Shown here in pieces: positions 56,457 through 64,000 of a DNA stretch of 64,000 nt. The stretch's first letter is position 1. Every line of letters begins with the position of its first letter. The stretch is from positions 1,744,426-1,808,425 of the forward strand of contig CAWGGG010000004.1 of assembly GCA_963822145.1 (NCBI GenBank), written 5' to 3'. Both the position numbers and the translations under genes were made by a program. The notes under the pieces are model-generated. The model was given only the letters and a program-made list of their open reading frames with translations. It ran no database searches and was not told the origin of the DNA. This DNA is from an uncultured Bacteroidales bacterium. Its GTDB lineage: Bacteria > Bacteroidota > Bacteroidia > Bacteroidales > UBA10428.

Positions 56457-57035
56457 TTATTTTGCTGCTAGTAAGCCCATGGTGCATAAGAAAATAATAA
56501 TAATCACTAATGCAACAGATATTATATTCCATGCCTTTTTAGGCTTTACATACCAATAATTTAAAGAAAGTGAGAATAATAAAGTCTGAGGTATGACTTC
56601 AATATATCCCCTTATTTGATCGACCATAGGTATTTTGGTATAAATCATTCCCTCAATTGAACCAGGAGCTGGACCCGTAGTCGATAAAACAGATAACCCC
56701 ACGATTAACCCCCACAACTTTAACCATCCATATTCCTTAAAAAGAAAACTATCCTTTATAACCCATAGAACTACAGAAAATATCAATCCGCGAATCACCT
56801 GCAATATCGGACCAGCTGCGACCCATGGCGAATCGACTGATCGCATAAGATAAGACAATGGAGGATTTTCAAAAGCTACTTTATAGTCAAGAAGAATTGA
56901 TGCAATCAATCCCATTACAAAATAGGAGATCATGTGAGTTGATGTTACCCTCCAGAAAAAAATACCGAATTTCAATCTGTCCTTCTGCATAAGAAAGTGT
57001 TTTGTTTTAGTTAATAAAGTTATTTTGCCTGACAC
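56457..57035 (-). CDS. Hypothetical integral membrane protein
   Basis: 192 aa with about 5 hydrophobic helices. I recognise no family. Confidence 0.5.
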   Translation of the reverse strand: MSGKITLLTKTKHFLMQKDRLKFGIFFWRVTSTHMISYFVMGLIASILLDYKVAFENPPLSYLMRSVDSPWVAAGPILQVIRGLIFSVVLWVIKDSFLFKEYGWLKLWGLIVGLSVLSTTGPAPGSIEGMIYTKIPMVDQIRGYIEVIPQTLLFSLSLNYWYVKPKKAWNIISVALVIIIIFLCTMGLLAAK

Positions 57036-57107
57036 ACATCTTCCTTTTATCAGGCCACTTGTAATAAAGGAGTGCTATTTTTTATAGGTATAACAACCTT
57101 TACCAGA

Positions 57108-57302
57108 TCACTTATTATCTGTTTCTTTCATCATTTGGATCATTCGTGTTAATGCCACCCCTAGCGACATTCCAAGAGCAATAATTATCCAGAAACCAGC
57201 ATCATTTGGTTTAGTCTCAATCCTTGAAAAGAATACCAAGTAGATGCCAAAGGTTGTTAATACCGGTATTAAAACAAACAGGATACCTTTTTTCTTTTTC
57301 AT
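57108..57302 (-). CDS. Small two-TM membrane protein (hypothetical)
   Basis: 64 aa with two hydrophobic helices and a basic N-terminus (MKKKKG). Confidence 0.4.
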   Translation of the reverse strand: MKKKKGILFVLIPVLTTFGIYLVFFSRIETKPNDAGFWIIIALGMSLGVALTRMIQMMKETDNK

Positions 57303-57343
57303 ATTGTTAAGTTTTATTTGAATTTTCTCCAGTTATTTTTTAT

Positions 57344-57694
57344 TTATGATCTTTTTTGCTTTTTCTTTGATGCTTTTGCTTTTGAGTTAAAACCTATTGC
57401 CAGATCAATCCAATAGTCAAAGTCTTTTTTTGATCTCATTCCCGCCTCTTCAATCATAATATATCCTCTCATGGGCCGCTTGGTAAAGTCCATTGTACGG
57501 CAACCGTTCTTCTCTACTTCAATATCATGAAGCGCTGGATCAATGCGGCACATCAACTCATCCTTAATAATTCCCAAACACATTTTTTCGTTATACATAA
57601 AAACCAGCCCTCCCATCATTTCTTTTTCATTTATGTTAGGCAGTTCCGAAATTCGTTCCCGGACCCTGGCAGCCAATTGTTCGTTGTAAGCCAT
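57344..57694 (-). CDS. TfoX N-terminal domain protein
   Basis: 116 aa. LAARVRERISELPNINEKEMMGGLVFMYNEKMCLGI is typical of TfoX_N. Confidence 0.65.
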   Translation of the reverse strand: MAYNEQLAARVRERISELPNINEKEMMGGLVFMYNEKMCLGIIKDELMCRIDPALHDIEVEKNGCRTMDFTKRPMRGYIMIEEAGMRSKKDFDYWIDLAIGFNSKAKASKKKQKRS

Positions 57695-57915
57695 AATTTT
57701 AAGTATATGAAGAATTATGTATCCGCTTTTTGTGCAGTGCAGCTAATGATAGCATATATGATCTGCTGCCTAGGTAAAACACCCAATTATCCATGCAACC
57801 ACAAGATAGGAAGAATAGTCGATATCCGCAACTTACTGCCCAGTAATTAATTGTGTAAGCTGTTAGCGTTTTGCCTTTTGGGCACGGATCAAGATGGTTT
57901 TATAATTAGTAATTT

Positions 57916-58281
57916 TTAATAGAATTCTCCAAAATGCCAGAGTATACCAGAGGGGTCATGCATGAAACATTCTTTACCCCAGTTATATTCTTTAATAGAA
58001 GTCAATTTTACATTTTTATACTTTTGATGCAGTGCCAGGTTTTGCAGTTCATTCCAGTATCTCCCAACATCATCAACTTCAAGAAATATCATTGAATTAT
58101 CAATCCAGTCCTTAACATAAGCATCCTGCAAGTAGAACCCCAGCTTATTTGTAACTTTGAAATATGACATATTCTTTGATATTACCGATTCTTCAAACCC
58201 TAACTCTTTATAAAACAGCCTGGATTCCTCGAAATTAATGGCTCCTATAAAAGCCCTGATCGATTTCGCAATATGTTTCAT
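57916..58281 (-). CDS. VOC/glyoxalase-bleomycin-resistance-like protein
   Basis: 121 aa with a single beta-alpha-beta-beta-beta module pattern (FYKELGF...FLEVDDV...HDPSGILWHF). Confidence 0.6.
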   Translation of the reverse strand: MKHIAKSIRAFIGAINFEESRLFYKELGFEESVISKNMSYFKVTNKLGFYLQDAYVKDWIDNSMIFLEVDDVGRYWNELQNLALHQKYKNVKLTSIKEYNWGKECFMHDPSGILWHFGEFY

Positions 58282-58441
58282 GTTTTATAATTACTGGTGA
58301 TGCGTTAAAAATAAATAAATCTCATATTGGGAGTTGAAAGATTATTTAAAATGCATTTCATACATCGTTTAAAGTGAATATATCCAGAACCTAAGTCCGG
58401 GTAATTGATTAAACATGCTGTTAGCGGCTGTCATTGATTTG

Positions 58442-59098
58442 CTAATAGTAAAGAGCATTTTTCATAAATAATTCCAGTTTCTTCTCATCCAGTTTTCCAT
58501 TTGTTCTGACTCCGTTGCACAAATCCAGACCGAAAGGCTCAACTTCAGCTATCGCTTGTCTAACGTTTTCAGCATTGAGTCCGCCGGCCAAGAATATGGG
58601 AATATTTACACAATTTCTAATTTTTCTGCTCAACTTCCAATTGTGAGTCCGTCCTGTACCACCCAGTTCCTTTATTCTCAAATTCGGATTACCACTGTCC
58701 AGAAGAATGGCATCAACTTGTTCTGAGATCTTCATGGCCTCATCAACAGATTTATTGTCCATTACATGGATTACCTGAACCAGTTTTACTGAAGGTATTG
58801 ATTCACGGATAACACCAAACGCATTGATTGAAATTGAATCAACTATTTGTATTGTGTTTGTCTGCGTCATCTGGTGATGAGCTATTATTTTCTGAGCTGC
58901 AGTTTCACTTGTAAGTAAGAATGTTCCAATTGGGGGCGGAATAATCTTAACAATTCTACGAATCAAATCATCTGAGATAATTCCAGGGCCGCTTGGCATA
59001 TGTCCAACAAGTCCCAAAGCAGATGCTCCGTATTGAACTGCCATATTTGCCTCTTCTTCACTACTTATGCAGCAAATTTTTATTCTTGGTTTTAACAT
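58442..59098 (-). CDS. trpF: N-(5'-phosphoribosyl)anthranilate isomerase
   Basis: 218 aa with KICCISSEEEANMAVQYGASALGLV, LLDSGN and GGTGRTHNW. No other trp genes occur in the window. Confidence 0.8.
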   Translation of the reverse strand: MLKPRIKICCISSEEEANMAVQYGASALGLVGHMPSGPGIISDDLIRRIVKIIPPPIGTFLLTSETAAQKIIAHHQMTQTNTIQIVDSISINAFGVIRESIPSVKLVQVIHVMDNKSVDEAMKISEQVDAILLDSGNPNLRIKELGGTGRTHNWKLSRKIRNCVNIPIFLAGGLNAENVRQAIAEVEPFGLDLCNGVRTNGKLDEKKLELFMKNALYY

Positions 59099-59107
59099 AT
59101 CTCATTT

Positions 59108-59378
59108 ATGTGTTCTTATATACAGTACTGTTGTCCATTTACTTTAATAGTCGGTAGTATCCGCGTGTATAGCCTGTTTCCCCCAGTCGGGATGCCGCGC
59201 GGTCAAAACGCCTACCAATCTGGGTGCATCAAAGTGGTCCAAAGAACAGACCTAGGCAAAAGACCGAAGGGAGATCACAGCTCGCCTCGGTTCATCGGGG
59301 CAGCGAAGCGGAGTAAACCCTCGGCCAGCCACCTGCAGGCCGGCATGCAGGTAGCTTATACAGGCTGTTAGCAGCTGT
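59108..59378. other. GC-rich non-coding segment of unknown nature (possible structured RNA or element remnant)
   Basis: A hand count of line 59281-59340 gives 41/60 G+C, versus about 27-43% for neighbouring island lines. There are several local hairpins, for example acctgca-N8-tgcaggt at 59331-59352. The only ORF is an implausible 87-aa plus-strand frame. Confidence 0.4.
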
Positions 59379-59786
59379 TTATTGAACTTTTATGAAAATA
59401 AAAAAAACAAATATAAAAAATACAATTCGAGCTGCCTTACCCATTATTTCCACTCCGCTTGATTTTAAGTAGTTATGTAATGTAGAATGTAGTGGAGGAA
59501 CTGCAAAATAAATGATAATAACCGCAAGAATTGTAGTGGAAACCGTAATCAGAACATGTACCCAGGTAATACGCTTAGAAAAAAGAAACCTGTCTGTCAA
59601 TAAATAAAGTATCCAAAAGGCCATTAGAAACAAAGGAATTGCCCATACAAAAACAGCTAATGGAACACTGAAAATACTTTTATCCTGAAAAGTAGAGCGT
59701 GCATTTGTCAGGAAAACAAGTGCCAAGGATAAAGCAATTGCCTCAAACAGCAGCAGTCCATAAGGTCTTTCATTGATTTTGAGCAT
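59379..59786 (-). CDS. Hypothetical integral membrane protein
   Basis: 135 aa with four hydrophobic helices. Confidence 0.5.
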   Translation of the reverse strand: MLKINERPYGLLLFEAIALSLALVFLTNARSTFQDKSIFSVPLAVFVWAIPLFLMAFWILYLLTDRFLFSKRITWVHVLITVSTTILAVIIIYFAVPPLHSTLHNYLKSSGVEIMGKAARIVFFIFVFFIFIKVQ

Positions 59787-59845
59787 ATGTAATTATAATT
59801 TTTGAGTTTGCATATATTTTCCCTGAATCATTGTTGATCAATAAC

Positions 59846-60364
59846 TTATTTACTTAATTTTTGTAGTGAGTCATATCTGTTTTTCAAAGCAACAGATAAA
59901 TCAGTTTTTGTATAGGTTATTTCTTTAGAATCCTGGCAGTAAGATAAAGCATTAGATCCCATCCATTGTTCATATGGATCTGTTTTAATGGTTGCAAAAT
60001 GAATCCATTCTTCTTTGTTTTGGTTATCCTGATTAAGAAATTGTCCACAAATAATATATGTTTTTTCCTCATTAGGCTTTGTTAAATATTTAAATTGAAC
60101 ATTACGAAAACCTAAAGGAACTGGAGGTTGATGGTCATGAAAATCTTCGGCAGCCACATCAAGTAAGAAATGAACTATAGAATCTTGTGCAGCATTTTGC
60201 GTTTCAGATTGACCAATGCTGTCATGGCTGCTCTGCGATGATTGAATGCTATTCTTTGATCCCAAGTTACAGGATGTCAGGAATACTGCAAAAAACAGAA
60301 TAGAAATAGACAATAGAATTTTCTGCAGGTCGAATGTTTGTCTCAATTTCGATTTTTTTTTCAT
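59846..60364 (-). CDS. Hypothetical lipoprotein
   Basis: 172 aa with lipobox FLTSC and a Ser/Gln-rich linker after the Cys. Confidence 0.5.
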   Translation of the reverse strand: MKKKSKLRQTFDLQKILLSISILFFAVFLTSCNLGSKNSIQSSQSSHDSIGQSETQNAAQDSIVHFLLDVAAEDFHDHQPPVPLGFRNVQFKYLTKPNEEKTYIICGQFLNQDNQNKEEWIHFATIKTDPYEQWMGSNALSYCQDSKEITYTKTDLSVALKNRYDSLQKLSK

Positions 60365-60471
60365 TAAACTTGATTATTAATTTTGCCTACTCTCTTCAGT
60401 TTTCGGCTTCCCTGTTTTTATTCTGCCAATCTCTTAAAGGCTCATGAAACTCTGTTTGTGCAGGATGCATA

Positions 60472-60499
60472 ATGGGCGGTCTGTATCCAGACCACCCAT
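60472..60499 (-). terminator. Hairpin downstream of katG (possible terminator)
   Basis: The arms are atgggcggtctg and cagaccacccat, a 12-bp stem with 1 mismatch and a 4-nt loop. It lies about 50 nt past the katG stop and has no clear U-tract. Confidence 0.35.
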
Positions 60500-60551
60500 T
60501 ATAATATCTCTGTCGATTTTCAACTTGGTAAATTTCGGATTATTGAAATAA

Positions 60552-62771
<2,220 letters not shown>

Positions 62772-62776
62772 TTAGT

Positions 62777-63208
62777 TTACAAATGGTCATTTTTTCTGGT
62801 GAACTTCCCAATTATTTGAAGCTTAATATCTTCAATTTTAAAACCCGGTATCCCCTTATTCTCAAAATACTTTTCAAGTATTTTGTTTAACTCTGCATCG
62901 TGGTAATCCTCAATCCTGTCAGATTCTGAACAATATAAATGATGGTGACTGTCCACTATAGCATCGTATCTCATAATATCTCTTTCCGTTTTTACTTTTT
63001 TTATCAATTCGTTCGAAACCAATGCATCAAGAACTTTGTATACAGTCGCTGTTGCAATATTTGGATGGTTTTTCCTGATGTACTCAATGATATTATCGGC
63101 AGTAGGATGATTCTTGAGTTTAACAATAGACTCAAGAATGGCAATCCTTTGAGGCGTTACTTTAAGTCCTTTCTCTATCAGTTTGTTACTAAAATCTTCT
63201 GCTTTCAT
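62777..63208 (-). CDS. Fur family transcriptional regulator (PerR-like by context)
   Basis: 143 aa. There is an N-terminal winged helix (TPQRIAILESI) and the metal-site motif DSHHHLYC. It lies 17 nt upstream of katG on the same strand. Confidence 0.8.
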   Translation of the reverse strand: MKAEDFSNKLIEKGLKVTPQRIAILESIVKLKNHPTADNIIEYIRKNHPNIATATVYKVLDALVSNELIKKVKTERDIMRYDAIVDSHHHLYCSESDRIEDYHDAELNKILEKYFENKGIPGFKIEDIKLQIIGKFTRKNDHL

Positions 63209-63223
63209 AGCTAATAATTTTCC

Positions 63224-63242
63224 AAAGAGAATAATTCTCTTT
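63224..63242. promoter_or_regulatory. Perfect 9-1-9 palindrome AAAGAGAAT-A-ATTCTCTTT (candidate Fur/PerR box)
   Basis: It lies 16 nt upstream of the regulator's start codon. The AT-rich 7-1-7-like core GAGAATAATTCTC resembles Fur-family operators. Confidence 0.45.
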
Positions 63243-63447
63243 TAACAATAAACAAATTTAAGGTTTTTTGTATCGAAAGTCAAGTGCCACAGTAATTATT
63301 ATCGAAGCCGGAGGGTGGCAAGATTACAGCTCTACGGCTGTCTTTTTCAATATTTTCCGCTGCTAAGTTCGTATAAAACCTTCCGTTTGAATCCCTCACT
63401 GTAACGCCGTGTTACCTGATCGTTTTTAGCATGCGGTAGTTTTATAA

Positions 63448-64000
63448 TCATTTAATCAATTCAAAGTATTCAATATAAATCCCCAGTAAAATATGCCAAA
63501 TTAAATAGTGCCCCAGGCGAATTGATAGTGATGCTAAAAAGCCTGCTTTCTTGTACCATATTGCCTGAAATAAATTCATTAAGAAACCCGTCAAAAGAGC
63601 ATAGAAAATAAGTAAAATACCACCCTGAGGAAGTTGCTCCAACGGTTCTCTAATTGCGGTTAATATTGCTCCAGCCCAGAAAAAGATCATGTAATACTTC
63701 CCTTGCTTAAACCAATTCCCTAACAACAGTATAAGGGTTAAAGGAATAAGCCGGTAGAATAATTCAACTTCAAATGCGCCCGTAAAATAAAGGAAGATTG
63801 AATATGGGAAAGGTTGAAGAAATGGAGGAAGTTCCTGATATGGCTCAGGATGTAAGATTACTTTGAAAACCAATACATCGAGCAGCCCAAATATTATGCC
63901 TATTACTATTGGAAGTAGAAACCTAAACTTTACTGAAATATCCTTTTGCCAAAAATTGGGGAGTTTTGCTTTGGTCTGAAAAAAAATAAATGGGATTCCG
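63448..64000 (-). CDS. Polytopic membrane protein, possibly a CPBP-type intramembrane protease (5' end probably beyond the window)
   Basis: The track ORF (63448..63873) begins at a TTG. The frame stays open with no stop codon up to base 64000 and encodes further TM-like sequence (FRFLLPIVIGIIFGLLDV). An ExExxxR-like motif (FEVELFYR) and an HxxxH-like motif (HYLIWH) hint at the CPBP family. Confidence 0.45.
   Translation of the reverse strand, partial: GIPFIFFQTKAKLPNFWQKDISVKFRFLLPIVIGIIFGLLDVLVFKVILHPEPYQELPPFLQPFPYSIFLYFTGAFEVELFYRLIPLTLILLLGNWFKQGKYYMIFFWAGAILTAIREPLEQLPQGGILLIFYALLTGFLMNLFQAIWYKKAGFLASLSIRLGHYLIWHILLGIYIEYFELIK

Noticed and set aside
59108-59371. 87-aa plus-strand ORF (MCSYIQYCCPFTLIVGS...)
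   Set aside because: It is on the opposite strand to all neighbouring genes and has an implausible composition. It sits in a GC spike where long ORFs arise by chance. The region is treated as non-coding sequence of unknown nature.
59099-59378. Trp attenuator, T-box or Bacteroid-trp-type leader upstream of trpF
   Set aside because: I found no short Trp-codon-rich leader peptide with an overlapping terminator and anti-terminator. ACCGCGCGG with nearby GGTAGG only superficially resembles the T-box core (GGGTGGTACCGCG). The segment is much more GC-rich and longer than such leaders.
54194-60400. Calling the island a bona fide integron or CALIN with attC sites
   Set aside because: There is no intI-like tyrosine recombinase in the window. 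The candidate R'' box (CGCTAAC) deviates from RYYYAAC at two positions. I could not find properly spaced complementary R'/L' boxes for any spacer, and the only foldable candidate (57826-57868) is shorter than typical attC sites. It is kept only as a hypothesis to test with IntegronFinder.

Overview
This is a 64-kb chromosomal window that looks Bacteroidota-like. Supporting signs are leaders without Shine-Dalgarno sequences, TAnnTTTG-type -7 boxes, a GWxTD lipoprotein, FtsX/MacB permease arrays, and LytTR and sigma-54 regulators. About 60 CDSs are supportable, plus one tRNA-Ser(UGA); there are no rRNA genes, CRISPR arrays, transposases or integrases.

Layout:
- 1-6571 (minus): a MacB-type ABC exporter operon with one ATPase and three tandem FtsX permeases. 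It is divergent from a sigma-54 NtrC-type response regulator and histidine kinase (6781-9481).
- 9527-12177: a GH2 hydrolase and an MBL-fold hydrolase.
- 12404-16636: a compact orphan biosynthetic cluster of ACP, an atypical adenylate-forming enzyme, a PLP alpha-oxoamine synthase and a B12-binding radical SAM enzyme. A 7TMR-DISM hybrid sensor kinase follows it (16837-19638).
- 19632-23160: a GH3 hydrolase, a repeat-rich spacer, tRNA-Ser and HU.
- 23165-44014: housekeeping genes, including SpoU methylases, htpG, an aminotransferase, pheT, surE, lpxB, a SpoIID-like protein, ABC-F, rlmB, DedA and TerC.
- 44147-51121: a secreted glycan-degradation block with a GH30-like enzyme, a GlcG-like protein, a CBM protein, a GH5 enzyme and an unknown 700-aa protein.
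- 51213-54193: a nitrilase, two methyltransferases and a VOC protein.
- about 54200-60400: a visibly AT-rich, single-strand array of small accessory genes. It includes a class D (OXA-like) beta-lactamase, a GNAT, two VOC proteins, TfoX-N and an orphan trpF. It also holds a recurring GCTGTTAGC intergenic motif and a 270-bp GC-rich non-coding spike.
- 60552-64000: Fur/PerR-katG and a partial membrane protease.

Most interesting:
- the ACP/ANL/AOS/radical-SAM cluster;
- the cassette-like resistance island and its unexplained non-coding elements;
- four short heptanucleotide tandem arrays, one pair of which forms a bidirectional terminator;
- a 272-bp near-identical conversion tract shared by two tandem permease genes.

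All functional calls come from motif recognition by eye. No database search was run.
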